Origin: Tubiluchus corallicola
Taxonomy: Eukaryota > Animalia > Priapulida
Assembly: GCA_030141605.1 (NCBI GenBank)
Contig: JAQGDQ010000012.1
Span: forward strand, 700,359-764,358
Reading direction: 5' to 3'
DNA length: 64,000 nt
Part shown: positions 1-35,299 of the stretch, one piece after another
Layout of the letters: the number at the start of each line of letters is the position of its first letter
Numbering within the stretch: the stretch's first letter is position 1
Made by a program: the position numbers and the translations under genes
The notes under the pieces: model-generated
Told to the model about the DNA's origin: nothing
Seen by the model: only the letters and a program-made list of their open reading frames with translations
Database searches by the model: none

Positions 1-414
1 GTATCAGCATATTAGTTACATATCTCTTTTGCTATATACTTCCTGGTATTTAACGTATTCCGTACAACACCCACGCAGTAATTAATTATTTATAACTTCT
101 CTACTGTAGACCAAATTTTCATAATTATACAAATGAAGCGTTATAAACGTTTTCATCAGAAACGTTGCACAAAACTGAAAACCATTCACATGATATTACT
201 GGCATCACACACTAGCATTCGTGATTTCATGGTGGACTACTATAATCATGGACGTGCCGCGGAGAAGGTTACTCACCTCAATTCGGGCTTACTGGCGCAT
301 GCAGAATCCAAGAAACTGGTTGCTCGATTTAAAACTGTCTCAGTATCGCACTGTAAAAGTGTTCTATGTACTTAGAGAATAATTTGCAATTTCATCACTG
401 TGTTTTAATTCGCC

Positions 415-1247
415 TTAAAAATTATATTAATTTATAGTATAATATAATATAATGTAATGTAATGTAATATAATGTAATGTAATGTAATACAATACAATAC
501 AATACAATACAATACAATACAATACAATACAATACAATACAATACAATACAATACAATACAATACAATACAATACAATACAATACAATACAATACAATAC
601 AATACAATACAATACAATACAATACAATACAATATAATATATAATAATAATAAATTATATTATTTTATGCATATATCATACTCGCCTTGAAAAGAATTTT
701 TGTTTGTCTTCATTTTAAATCTCCCGCAATACTGTTCGGACGGCGTCATTACATGACGTCACCTACGCACAACGTAAGTGTTAGGCAATGTTAAATTATG
801 TGCCAAAAAACTTTCCATGCAAATCTATATTACTTAGCTTCTTGCTTATCTGCTAGAAAGATTTATGTAACTAGAAAAGAAAATTTTTAATTATTAATTT
901 AATTAATTGGTAAAATGTCGTTGACTTACCTCCAGGGTGCACTACTCACTAACCAAAAGCGTATTTTTAATCTTATTGACAAGACACAGTCATTTTACTT
1001 AGTTAGTGACGTGTGTGACACGAATGCTTTGATCATTTTCTCAAACTTTACTCAGTGTTATCTAAACTTGTTTCAAACGCTCTGTCACCAAAATGGCTGC
1101 GCCTAACGGTCATCCCGGGAGTTTAAATTTACATGTTTTATACTGCCGATTGAAGTCCTAGATGCAAAAAGGCAGTATGTAAGTGATATAAAATTTCAAA
1201 ACGAATTTTTTAGCTTTATGTTTATGAAGGATTTTCTTGTGCTTTAA
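415..1247 (+). mobile_element. Non-autonomous TTAA-flanked dispersed repeat, copy 1 (probable DNA transposon derivative)
   Basis: ~690-1247 aligns by eye with 50990-51575 (shared aaatctcccgcaatactgttc, ttacatgacgtca, aaaaaactttccatgcaaa, actcactaaccaaaa, tcaaactttactcagtgttatctaaact, ttttcttgt.ctttaa). TTAA at 415-418 and 1244-1247. Confidence 0.7.
451..632 (+). repeat. Compound pentanucleotide microsatellite (AATGT)n-(AATAC)n
   Basis: Direct reading; it generates the spurious YCIVL ORFs. Confidence 0.98.
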
Positions 1248-1928
1248 GTCTATTGTTTATATTTTAATCGGTTTCTGTAAAATTCCCAAAACAAAATAAA
1301 ACTTTGCTTAATAGAAATTTTGAACACAGTAACGAGTAACTTGTTACCGTTAGGTACTCATATAGATATTTTGTAAAAACTGAAAGGACTGTTTCTTGCC
1401 TACTCAACTTATTGCGCAGTGTTTCACATTGTGTTGGCGTAATTGAGAGGTATTTTCGATATCCACCTCTAATCCGCAAATGGCATATTAGAGCCTATTT
1501 CTGACATTATGGCATGACGCAGTATGCGTGAGTGCATTTAAATTCCTACCTGGTTTGGTGCATTTCTATTAAGATAGATAATATATAGTTAGTTATTTAC
1601 TTTGCATGTAACATTTTTAGCAATAAAGAATACGACTAATAATAAAATAATAAGTACATTTATAACTAGCAACAGAATGAAATCGAAGTTTAATTAACCT
1701 CTCGCTAGTGGGCAGGTGTGTGATTACAAATTAGCTGCAGAACTACTGATTATGCTTCAGCTGGAAAGAAAATTAAACGACTCTTGTTGTTAGCTTTGCA
1801 GCGTTTTTTATCTCTGTGATTAAGGGATTACGAGACAAAAATGCGGAGCCAAGGCAAAATAGTGTAAAGCATTTAAGTAAACAAAAGTAAGGTAATACAA
1901 AGAAAAATAAATGCAACGAAGTAAAGCA

Positions 1929-2360
1929 GAGTAGAGTAGAGTAAAATAGAGTAGAGTAGAGTAGAGTAGAGTAGAGTAGAGTAGAGTAGAGTAGAGTAGA
2001 GTAGAGTAGAGTAGAGTAGAGTAGAGTAGAGTAGAGTAGAGTAGAGTAGAGTAGAGTAGAGTAGAGTAGAGTAGAGTAGAGTAGAGTAGAGTAGAGTAGA
2101 GTAGAGTAGAGTAGAGTAGAGTAGAGTAGAGTAGAGTAGAGTAGAGTAGAGTAGAGTAGAGTAGAGTAGAGTAGAGTAGAGTAGAGTAGAGTAGAGTAGA
2201 GTAGAGTAGAGTAGAGTAGAGTAGAGTAGAGTAGAGTAGAGTAGAGTAGAGTAGAGTAGAGTAGAGTAGAGTAGAGTAGAGTAGAGTAGAGTAGAGTAGA
2301 GTAGAGTAGAGTAGAGTAGAGTAGAGTAGAGTAGAGTAGAGCAGAGCAGAGCAGAGTAGA
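1929..2360 (+). repeat. (GTAGA)n pentanucleotide microsatellite, ~430 bp
   Basis: Direct reading; near-perfect, with a few GCAGA variants at the 3' end. Confidence 0.98.
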
Positions 2361-3574
2361 AAGAGAAGAGTAGAGTAGGGTAGACTAGAACAGAGTGCTG
2401 TAAAGTAGAGTACTAGCAGTAGACCAAATTAAGCAATATAAGACGAGGTAAGTTAAGGTAAGGTTGCATGCTTGGAGTTCGTAATAATAGAGCTTAATAT
2501 AAGTTTATACTGCATCTAATTAGTTCTTATGATATCAGGTGTGGTTGGTGAGTGAGAGTACTTTTAGCCGAGTGAATTCAAGAATTACCACCTGCTGCTA
2601 CTAAATACTCATTTTTATCTTCTTTAAGTAGCAAAACATCAACAATATCTCACTATATCAGTGGTTATATTGATATAATTTTTGATATAATGAGGTTGTT
2701 GCCGCCTGCAACAGGTCTATATTCCAACATGCTAAACCATACACAATGGTAAATGCTGTGTTTCAGAAACTGCTTGACGTAAATATATGACGCGAAACTG
2801 TGCCTATCAAGTAGGGACATATAATTCGAAATGCACTTTAATATAATATTTATAAAACTCTCAACAATAGTCTGATAGACGCCTGCAACATTACATAACC
2901 CGTTGGCTGTTTAAAGCACATTTTTGTTTGAGTAGTGGGCGACTAACTCGAAGTTATTAGACTTAGCAAAATGATTAATAAATAGAAGGTCCTCAATAGA
3001 AAAAAATGGTTGCTCCTACAGATGTAGCATTTCTAATGGAAAACCCGTGAATTCATATAAAGCCAGTACTGGATCTATTTTGCACCACTTTCACATTACA
3101 TTGTTACTCTGAATTATGATCCTAAAATATCACCAAAGCTTAAAATAATGTAATACTACTTCTAGTCCATCCGAAGTTCCCTTCGAAGGGAAACAGCAAC
3201 AATGGGAAGCGAGCTTTAGAAATGTAAAGTCTACCTGCATTTTACTAAGTAATGATGGCTAAATGGCAACTGAAAGAATTACATTACCCTACACATTACT
3301 CTACACCAGATCATTCTTACCATGCCATTCTTAACAGACTCTAATAATATACAGTGTTCTGATTGGTTTCATTTCAAACGAGAAGGCATTATAGTACTAG
3401 GTACCAATTTCTCCTGGAGGCTGGATTAAGTAATTAGTTTACCAATTTACCAATTAGACAGGTAGCAGCTCCTGCCACTTTTGACTGCGTTAGAAACGAT
3501 CAAAGTTCATCTTATGATGAAAACTAGTAGCCTTTACTAAGCCTTTTAGTTTCATCCTGATGTGCATTCTAGTG

Positions 3575-3685
3575 CCACTACCATTACCACCACTAGCAGC
3601 AGCAGCAGCAGTAGTACCACCACCGAGTAACACAGCGGCGGCGGCAGCGGCAGCAACAACATCGACAGCAGAAACAGCAATAGCG
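3575..3685 (+). repeat. Low-complexity CAG/CCA/CGG triplet-rich tract
   Basis: Direct reading of imperfect triplet repeats. Confidence 0.7.
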
Positions 3686-4823
3686 GTAGATTAAAAAGAA
3701 AAGCTCTTGGAGTCCAGAGAGAATAACATCACTAATAATCTTAACGGTTAGACTGTAATGTTTAACCATAGTTTTTCTCCACACACATTCTAGTTTATAA
3801 GGCATTTTCGATACTACGGTGCCACCATTTAACTCGAATGTTAACCACGAAGTTTAATATTACCTTTCATTTCTATGTAAGATTAGTGTTCATAAAAAGA
3901 AAAACGTTTGGAATTTGTCCCCACTCCGGAGTATGAACTGGGATGTTGGTAAAATGGCACAGAAAAATGGCAAAAATGGAAAAGTAGGAAAAATGGTACA
4001 TAATGTTATTTTGATGAAAATAGCTTCTATAGTAAAATTATAATGCGCTCAATAGGAATGGCAATGACAAGGCAAAAACATGTTTAACTGATGTTTTTGA
4101 TGAAAAACAAAGATAAACAAGCAATTACACAAAACATACCCATATTAAGTACTATATATCCTACTAAAGACTTACAAAATATTTTGTTCTTTAAATAGAA
4201 TTAATGTCAATAATGCATGAACATTCCACATAGTATTCATTTCTTTAACAATTTGCCGATGGTAACGCAGCTTATAAGCTTTAAACATGTACATATATGA
4301 GCAAAGGTTATAGAGACAGTTACACACTTTTCCAAGCAAAATTTTCTCAAAACGGAACATGACACTATCTTGTAGTTATTGTTCTAGTGGGGATAATAAA
4401 AAAGAATTACCCCTCTTGTAGTCAAGTTCTTCTATTTCCAAAAAGCTATAACACTCCCTGTGAGACCTCGGAGAAGTGCTTCACGAATGTTTTTTGTACG
4501 TTGTGTTTGGAGTTCTGTATTACAGGAAAGAACGGACCATATAAATGGCAATTTTGAAAGTTTTTACCCTATCCTCCTGTCCAGGAATAGGCGTCTAAAG
4601 GCATCTTTCTTGTTCCCTGCCCACCTTCTCCACAAACTTTCGTAGAAATCTCTTAGATAGTTTTGCGAAATAGTCTTACTGCTGTAAAAAAGATGAAAAC
4701 TAGAAAAGTTTTGATGCATAACCGCTTGTGAGATTCTCACCCAATGGGTAATTTGGTAAAATAAGCAATCTCTATCATAAAATATTTAATTTTTTAAAAT
4801 TTTTACTGTATAAATAGTATATG

Positions 4824-4958
<135 letters not shown>

Positions 4959-5914
4959 TTCGTGACTTCGTATTATTCAAAGAACGGGTATAGCGTGAAA
5001 ACCTTTCTTTCGTTTTAAAATTATAAAAGGTATACGCATGAGAATTAATAAAATCGTGGTATGTATATACATATATAAAGCTACTCATAATTCAGTGGGA
5101 ACTCATTTCCTTGTTAGCGTTAAACGCTTCTGAAATCGCCTTTACTTTGCAGCGGATTTGGGCAACGTTACTATGGTAACCGAAAGTTGATGGACGATTG
5201 TATTATTTGGGTAGCTGTGCTCTCGTAAAACAGGTAGGATGTCGCGCTCCCTGTAATTTATTGCTCTGATGAGTCAACCTGGCTTGATAATAATTAACGA
5301 CAGCGCACTAACAGATATTTTGCTGAAAGTGAGAAGAACTAAAACGCTGTAAGCTCGTGCGGCATTTGCCACAGTTATTGTTTTCTAACAATTGAGTTAA
5401 CTTATATTAAAGATTAGTTGCTGACAAAACATGGCGAAAGTGTCATAATATCGTTTAAACACAGCACATTATAAAATACCACAACACGCAGTGTCACATG
5501 TTGCGTTTTTCTTTATTTTGCAACAGCTTCTTAATACGTAACTCACAAAAAAGGATAGCAGTTAATCTATCTAATAGTTAGGATGTCTAGAAGCAAAAAA
5601 TTTGAACTTCGTTTCCTAGTTCCAGTTTACCCCACCCACATTCTTTTTGGTGCATTTAAAAATACGATAATTATGTTTATTAGCTGTTTTTTTGCTTGTT
5701 AACAGACAGCAACTTATTATTTTATATTATTTGGTAACATTTCGCATAAATTTTAATACAGATTTAGAATTATGTTTGTGTTTTATAACAACATAGCCGT
5801 TTATAGTTAACATAGTATCAACTGACGTAGCCTGGCATAAAAATTTTACATTAGAAGTGTTGATTTTTTATTTACAGGCAGTAGTTATTGAAACTCTTTG
5901 ATGAGGTATGCTTA

Positions 5915-27971
<22,057 letters not shown>

Positions 27972-28619
27972 AGTTATTTAAGTTAAACAAAGATACCGCA
28001 AAATTTTTGCTTTCAAGGACCTAATGGCTTAGCATCCAATAGGGAAAAGGTCATTCATTATAGCATGTTAACTACCTCTCCGGGTGGCGCTTTTTTGGGG
28101 ACTTATAGCGCTCAAAAGTAGCATATTTCTTAGTAAGAAATAGCCGAAATTTTGATCAAGCTTGAGAGCAAAAAATGTAACTTAGACCCAATACCGACGG
28201 ACCATACTTAAAGGTGCAAAAACTTTGTACTTTTTGGTCAGAGCCGAATATGAAGTGCTGCAGTTGTTTCGTTTGAATGCTATAAAGATAAACATTTGTA
28301 AATCATAGGTTTAGAAAGTGAATCTTGACACCAGGGTTTATAGCAACTTTGCCCCGAAATTCGGATTAACTTTTATTCTTAGAGCCATTTAAGGTGGTGA
28401 TCTTCTTTTACTGAAAAAACTTTTGGTGACAAAGTTTAAAATCTAAAATTTGTTTGTAACCAATTACCAGGTTACAGAATTATGAGCTAAGAAATTTAGG
28501 GTTAAATAGCACTGCTATGAGAAAATCTAGGTGAGTACTATGTTTCAAAAAAAAGTCTATATCTTTGCCATTTTGAGTTCAATTCAAATAATTTTTGCAC
28601 AGTGACACCCCCGTCTACA

Positions 28620-29220
28620 GGCGAATCGTAGCAGTGGCGAAACATAGTGGTGGCGAAACGTAGTAGTGTCGAATCGTAATAGTGGCGAATCGTAGTAGTG
28701 GCGAATTGTAGTAGTAGCGAATTGTAGTAGTGGCGAAACGTAGTAGTGGCGAAACGTAGTAGTGGCGAATCGTAGTGTGGCGAAACGTAGTAATGGCGAA
28801 TCATAATACTGACGAATCGTAGTAGTGGCGAATCGCAGTAGTGGTGAATCGTAGTAGTGGCGAATCGCAGTAGTGGCGAATCGTAGTAATGGCGAATCGT
28901 AGTAGTGGCGAATCGTAGTAATGGCGAATCGTAGTAATGGCGAATCGTAGTAATGGCGAATCGTAGTAGTGGCGAATCGTAGTAATGGCGAATCGTAGTA
29001 ATGGGGAATCGTACTAGTAGCGAATCATAGCAGTGCCAAATCGTAGTAGTAGTGAATCGTAGTAGTGGCGAAAGGTAGTAGTATCGAGTCGTAGTAGTAG
29101 CGAATCGTAGTAGTATCGAGTCGTAGTAGTAGCGAATAGTAGTAGTATCGAGTCGTAGTAGTAGCGAATCGTAATAGTAGTGAATCGTAGTAGTAGCGAA
29201 TCGTAGTAGAGGCGAACCGT
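28620..29220 (-). repeat. 16-bp tandem repeat array (GGCGAATCGTAGTAGT on +), ~37 units
   Basis: Direct reading; reverse complement of the unit at 26612-26935; produces the spurious TTTIRHYYDSPLLRFA ORFs. Confidence 0.95.
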
Positions 29221-29900
29221 GAAGTGACAAAATGGGTGGATACCACTGCATCGCACGTAATGAGAATCAGAACATAAATAATGATTTTGAAGATGTTTAC
29301 AGTCTATAATTCTTTATTTTTAATTTAACGTGTAATTCCTGTCGCTTCTTAAATTGAAGTTATGCCTGAGACATCAATTTTCTGTGCAACCCTCCTAAGA
29401 TAATAACTGATGAACGACTACTGATGAAACCTTTTTTGCATGAAACGTCATATAAAAATCGGGTGATTCTTGAGATGAAGAGTTTCGTAATAACGAGTGA
29501 TGAAACCATTTCACAAAAACGTGCACGAATTCCATCTTCTTTAAACATTTATGTGCCACTTTCACACTGCAGTTCACGTCACTGACATTGTCATAATGGG
29601 AGCACGTATATAATTACACGGATCTTGATTTGTGCCAGGCTTAAAATACTTACTTGACCTTTTCGGGTGAAATCGATGCACGAGTTTCACATTTCAAATT
29701 GCCAGGCGCCCTTAAGAGACGAAACGGCTACAAATTCCCCTATACTATATATATGTGCATACGTAGGTAAGTGATCTAACAGCATAGTTTATAATTATGG
29801 CGTTGGCAGCTTAATTATTCCTTCTTGTAAACAAGGTCAGCAATACTCATTATAAGAACCAGTAAGTCTATACGCAGCCAACCACGCGTTGCTCCTTGGC

Positions 29901-30944
29901 TTATAGACGAGTGATTCGGCTCCTCTTCCGCTTGCTACATAAAACTTTTGTTATCGCTTTTCGAAATGATTCTAGCTTTCCTGCATAGACAAATACATTG
30001 ATGAAAGAATTAAACATTCCCAGCAAAACAGCAAGATTTATTACCTGAAATGTCACATTCAGTGGACATATGCCATGAAACTCACACATGTGTTGTAGAC
30101 TGAATAGTAAAAGGAAAGGAAACCAGCAGCTGAGATACAGAACTACAGTCATCGCCAGAACTTTAACGATTTTCATCTTCCGTTGTAGTTGCTCATCCTT
30201 GTACAGGCCTACAGCTGCGATAGCTTTTTGTTGCTTTAATGCCACCATTCCTATGCGGACATAGCAAAATAGGTTCGGAGGAATGTAGAATACCACATGA
30301 AAAACGTTGAGAAGAAAAACATATCTGCCAAATATTCGAGTAAAATGAATGCAAGATACACCTGGTGTGCCACTCAGGTAATAAGAAGTGGCACCAAATG
30401 CTGCCATAATGATAGACCAAAACCACGCAAAAGCAAGAACTTTTCTAGCACTTTCTTTCGTCACCCATGTCGGGTACTGCAATGGGTATACTATGGCTAA
30501 GTAGCGTTCTATACTTAAACTTAAATACAATATCAGCGAGCCGCAGATGTACCACACCATGAGAGTCATCACAAACGAGCAAAAGCCGAGTGTGCACCTT
30601 AGACCAGCGTAAAATCCAAAGAAGAAAGCGAGTAACCCAAAACCGGTTAAGGAATCAGCTACTGCGAGATTTGCTATGAAAATGTACGGTATTTCGTGCA
30701 GCGAAGGTGATAAAATAATGGTAATAACTACCAAGCTATTACTAATCAGTATAGCCAAACCCATCAGCAAATTTATAATGTTTATTAGAAGTTTGAAATG
30801 GTCCTTTTCTTCTTGAATTTCACACAGCAATTGAACGTCACTTAGCCCATGCGTGGAGCTGTTTAGTTCAAAAAACTGCGAATAATTTCTGGCTGTGATA
30901 TTTTCCGTTGCCGTGACACTTTTCCAACTGAGCAGAGTTACCAT
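29901..30944 (-). CDS. Class A (rhodopsin-like) GPCR, single coding exon, 347 aa
   Basis: Seven hydrophobic segments; TM1 SNSLV, TM2 NLAVAD, TM3 SIERYLAIVYPL, TM4 W, TM6 CWFP, TM7 NSFINVFVY, helix 8 FRKA; N-terminal N-glycosylation sequons; good Kozak context aaccATGg. Confidence 0.95.
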   Translation of the reverse strand: MVTLLSWKSVTATENITARNYSQFFELNSSTHGLSDVQLLCEIQEEKDHFKLLINIINLLMGLAILISNSLVVITIILSPSLHEIPYIFIANLAVADSLTGFGLLAFFFGFYAGLRCTLGFCSFVMTLMVWYICGSLILYLSLSIERYLAIVYPLQYPTWVTKESARKVLAFAWFWSIIMAAFGATSYYLSGTPGVSCIHFTRIFGRYVFLLNVFHVVFYIPPNLFCYVRIGMVALKQQKAIAAVGLYKDEQLQRKMKIVKVLAMTVVLYLSCWFPFLLLFSLQHMCEFHGICPLNVTFQVINLAVLLGMFNSFINVFVYAGKLESFRKAITKVLCSKRKRSRITRL

Positions 30945-31401
30945 GGTTCACAACTTAGCTAAAGTCACATTAGGTTTGCCAAGTCTGTTTACGCATCTGG
31001 TCTACAACTATTTGGCAGAGTCAAGAAAAACCTCTTGCATACTTTCCAATCTTGTGCAATTTTCCCTATGCGCTTGCGTTCCGAACAGAATAGATGCTGT
31101 AATTATTAAATAAAACCACCTACTTTGCCTAACGTTGGAAAAGTATAATCATGTTGTATTTGCTTTTTTGTGATTGATGTGTTTAACTAGCAAATTAGCC
31201 AAAAAAGAAAGCCGCCGTACCATGCGGCGAAAAATACGAATTGACGATCTGATTAGCTTTAATTTATAACAGCATGCATACCGCAAATTTAATAATAAAC
31301 TAATATTTAAACTGAGCTACTCAAATACTGGTTTTGTTTGTTGTACATTAATTTACTAATATGCAACGATTTTCAATTTTTGCATGTAGTTTACTTTTCC
31401 A

Positions 31402-32121
31402 TTTAAGTATAAAAGTAATCCGTGTACGCGTAAAGATATGATTCCATATGCACGTAATGCGTGATCCGTAGTGCGTATAGATCAGTTTGTATTTAAACAC
31501 TTAGAATTGTTTCCATGCATACATAATGCGCAATCCATAATGCGTGACGCGTGATCCGTATTCACTTGAACGCTATCGCTATCGTCGGGGTACGCATCAC
31601 GCAGCAATACGCAGACGGGAAGCTGCCGTTACCTAGGTGATTTAGTTTCCGGTGACCGTTTTCACTGACTAGCTTCATGGTCAGGTGAGCTCGGTCATTT
31701 CAGGAGCTACACACAATGATATTTATTCCGTATAAGCTTTTGTGAGGTGGAAATAACGCAAAATTATCTTGTTCTCTAACTAGTTGTAGTTATTTCAAGT
31801 GGTGATGCAGCCATATTGTTCTCTCTTCTGTAAAATGTTATGCGTCCAAAACTTTCGCTTTCTTTTCAGTTTTTCCATCTAATAGTGTAATGATAAGCTA
31901 ATGCCACCGCTGTGATTATTTCTTAATCAGAGTGGCGCTAGAATTTCGACAGAGACATGGCTTCCCAAAATTGTTACTCCCATTTTTCACGAACAACACC
32001 TAAAATGTCGAAAAGAGCCTGAGCTTTGTTAATACGCATAACATTCACGGACACATGGAAACAGTCAATACGCACCGCATTACGGATCACGCATTACGCA
32101 CACATATAGTCCTACTTCAAG
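31402..32121. mobile_element. MITE-like element with subterminal inverted repeats
   Basis: cgtaatgcgtgatccgta at ~31454 and its reverse complement tacggatcacgcattacg at ~32081; tgtttccatg/catggaaaca also paired. Ends are imprecise. Confidence 0.5.
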
Positions 32122-33152
32122 TCTTATCGGACCTTTTGTGAATCATGTTGAGTCAAACAGACTCAAAAAGGCGTGAAGTTATAAGAATTTGAAAAATTTT
32201 CAGTAGTTTGTCAAGTAATTAATAATTTATTCAATAAGTTAAAACTATTACATAGCTTTGCACATAAAATTGCACACATTTTTATAGAAATACATACTAC
32301 ATAAACATAAAACAACAAATGGCGCTCAAGAAATGGAGAACATAAAGTAAACACTTATATTTTCTTCCCCATTTAGTTATCATTGTTCTATCCTCAAAAC
32401 TAATTTTTGACATTATTATCTACAATTAGGCTATAAGTTATGCATTACATTACACATTACATCATACACACACGCACACCCTCACACACGCACGCACGCA
32501 TACACACTCATACACATACCCACACCACACATTGTATATTATACTGTACATTATATGTTAAGTTAGATTTAGTTACAAAAGTTAATTATTACCTTACTTA
32601 CTGTGCATCTATCCCGAAATAGTGGCTAGCAGCTTACTTGCGCAGGAGTACTCGGCACACCTATTGTTCATACAGTTTACACACAGTTTAGATAATGGTA
32701 CGGTAACATCATAGTGCTCTGCATACTGTGTTTGTTACAAAAAATTTGCTGTTCCTTGCAGGTTTGTAAAGTAAAAACTGATTCTTATAAATTTATTTGC
32801 TATAAATAGATAAATACTATAGTACGAAACGTTTTTATTAATAGATAAATCATTTCTCAGCAATAACCGTTCTGTTCAGCGTTCACAGTGCTCTGCTTGC
32901 TAGGACTACTGGCTGTCTACTGTACTGCGGCTGTTACGTCAGAGCACTGAGTGTCATGACGGGCGAAAATATTTGTGACAGTACCAACGGCGCTTAATTT
33001 AACTTACCATATCACATAATAGCATGCATCAAAACTGTTTTAAAAGTTAAGAAATATGTAATTCCGCCTACGCTACAAAAGAAAATAACAGAAAAAATAG
33101 TGTCATGGGACCTTTAAAATTACTTTTATACAGTATCTAAAATCACAAATTA

Positions 33153-33237
33153 CAGTGGACTCTCGTTACAAGAATCAGCTCGATATAAGAATCACTTTGC
33201 CTTCTCCCGAGGTGATTCTTATAACGAGAGTCCACTG
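33153..33237. mobile_element. 85-bp Tc1/mariner (pogo/Tigger-type) MITE
   Basis: TIRs CAGTGGACTCTCGTTA(C/T)AAGAATCA (25 bp, 1 mismatch), flanked by TA on both sides. Confidence 0.9.
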
Positions 33238-34281
33238 TACATAATATATTGTAACGGATCTGGGATCCAGCTTGTATGTATGTATAGGATGTATAAAGCG
33301 GCATGCAAGTGTGAAATTTCACGAGAAAAGTTAAAAGATCCGGAATACGAGTGTAAAATAAACTTTGTTGCATAACTAGTATCTCCAAAACAGTGACATG
33401 TAAACAGACTTTTGTATAAAAATTAGTACAGAATTCACCTTTACAGACAGAAAGGCCAGGTTGGAATCTCTAATTACGGCATGCATTCTGCTTTATACAG
33501 GTATTACTGGGCTTCTCAACCATACCCATTGCTAACATTGGGGGGTTAGCCGAAATCTGTATTCGTAACAATATTAAAACTACACCTAAAATTACATTCT
33601 ATACAAATTGGTTGGCACATTATTTTTAAAATCGTTTATCCGTAATTTTGATAGCGGCCAATTTAAAACATATTGATAACTCTACTTTCTTTAGTTTCAT
33701 TGCCTAGGCCAGTCCATAGCTTAGCCCCAAAAACTGATCACTGATATCACTGATACACCATCGATTTCTGACGTGTTACAAAATTCACCGCTAGAACGAA
33801 TTCAGGTGCTACAATTTGGTTATACATGCCGCATGCGTGTCTTCGGGTCTGTGTACCAGAAAATTGAATAGCGCCTAAATTTTAGTATTAAGTTTTTCGC
33901 AAGCAGCCGTTTACATGTTTAACGAATCGGCTATCGCAGCCGTTCGATTTTTTAAAACTTATATCGATTTAAATTTTACGGTAGGCTTCATAATTACCAC
34001 TAATGGCGTATTGGCGAGATTGTACGAAGTAAGTCTACGTGTGAGAATCCGGACAAATGGGCCTAGCTAGAGACCTGTCGTAGTTTTTGTCAGAAATCTG
34101 TATGACGTTGAATTCTGATTGTAGCCCATCACAGTCTGCTATAGCGACAACAGTGAGTGGCGTTGAATGAATATATCAAGGACTATATTAGACGGTAAAT
34201 GCATTTGCTTCCTGTTACTCGGTGACTCTATACGGTTCCTCTTTGACAGTTCCTCTTGTAGAATTGACGTTAAGCATATTG

Positions 34282-34356
34282 ATTCTTCTTCTTCTCAGCT
34301 TTTCCCTATGCGGGGTCGCCGTTGTGAATAAGTTTTCTCCATGCATTCCTGTTGTT
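34282..34356 (-). mobile_element. 3' terminal fragment of an RTE-type LINE
   Basis: Minus strand reads ...tggagaaaacttattcacaacggcgaccccgcatagggaaaagctgagaagaagaagaa (WRKLIHNGDPA* plus (AAG)n tail), resembling RTE 3' ends. Confidence 0.65.
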
Positions 34357-35299
34357 GAATGAATTTATTGATATAAAACAAAATAAATGATGAATTTATT
34401 CAATAAAGAATAGAAAGTACTGACAAACTTCTGCCATTTTGAGTCGCTCCTCAATACTTAAAAGCACTTACCTTCCCTGTGCGTAACGTGCACTCAGACC
34501 TGTCTTAGCTGAGCAGCGTACCTAAAATCTCTATTAGCTGATGACGTATCTGAATTATTATTATCTCGCTTAGTCTGCGTAGCTCCCGATAAGCGCATAT
34601 AATACGCTTCCTTATCAAACCTGAATCTATATAACTAGAATGAAACTGATGATAATTCTCTCTATTCGTTGACGCTTCTAATTTGATAGTGCGAATATTT
34701 TAAACTATTTCTTAAAATTATTGCTCAGACAAAGTCACCAAATATTATCTTCAGATGTTAACACATTCTTATATTATTCAAAGTCTTTGTATTCGATGGG
34801 GGTAAACTTACTTCAAGCAATTTTCATGTTGGTAACAGTGTAAGGCCCCTAGGGCTTTTATCGCCGCGGCTATTCAATTTCTATTTTAGTGAAATGAGTG
34901 TAAATTTAAACAATACTCACTCTGGTTGTCGGATTAATTGTTCATTTATGAATCCCTTTTTGGTTGTTTGATGTCTAATAAATACAGTAAGGTCAATGAA
35001 TACTCTGTTAGATAGTTATCAAATGTTTGCTAATGTGGTAAAGCGCGTACATTCATAACATTGAATAGTAATTTAGGTAAGGATATCGCAGTTTATTAAT
35101 AATGTACAAAAAGAGTACGTACAAGCGTCAACAATGAGGGGTTCTGCAGTCACACACAGGACTGTGTGTATGTCTGACTTTAAATACCCGTGTGACGTCA
35201 CAGTACGTCACATATTTTAGAGAGGGTTCTCGATACACTAGAATTATGATGTCATTTTGAACTCAAAGAAGATAAAGCTGCTAACTGTCACTCCGCAAA

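Noticed and set aside
422-632. YCIVL-repeat ORFs (also poly-I at 4786-5088 and ER/LS repeats at 11.0-11.3 kb and 14.2-14.4 kb)
   Set aside because: Translations of microsatellites.
28538-29251. 237-aa ORF and CRISPR-like regularity of the 16-bp array
   Set aside because: Head-to-tail 16-mer without unique spacers, no cas genes, eukaryotic context; the ORF is a translation of the repeat.
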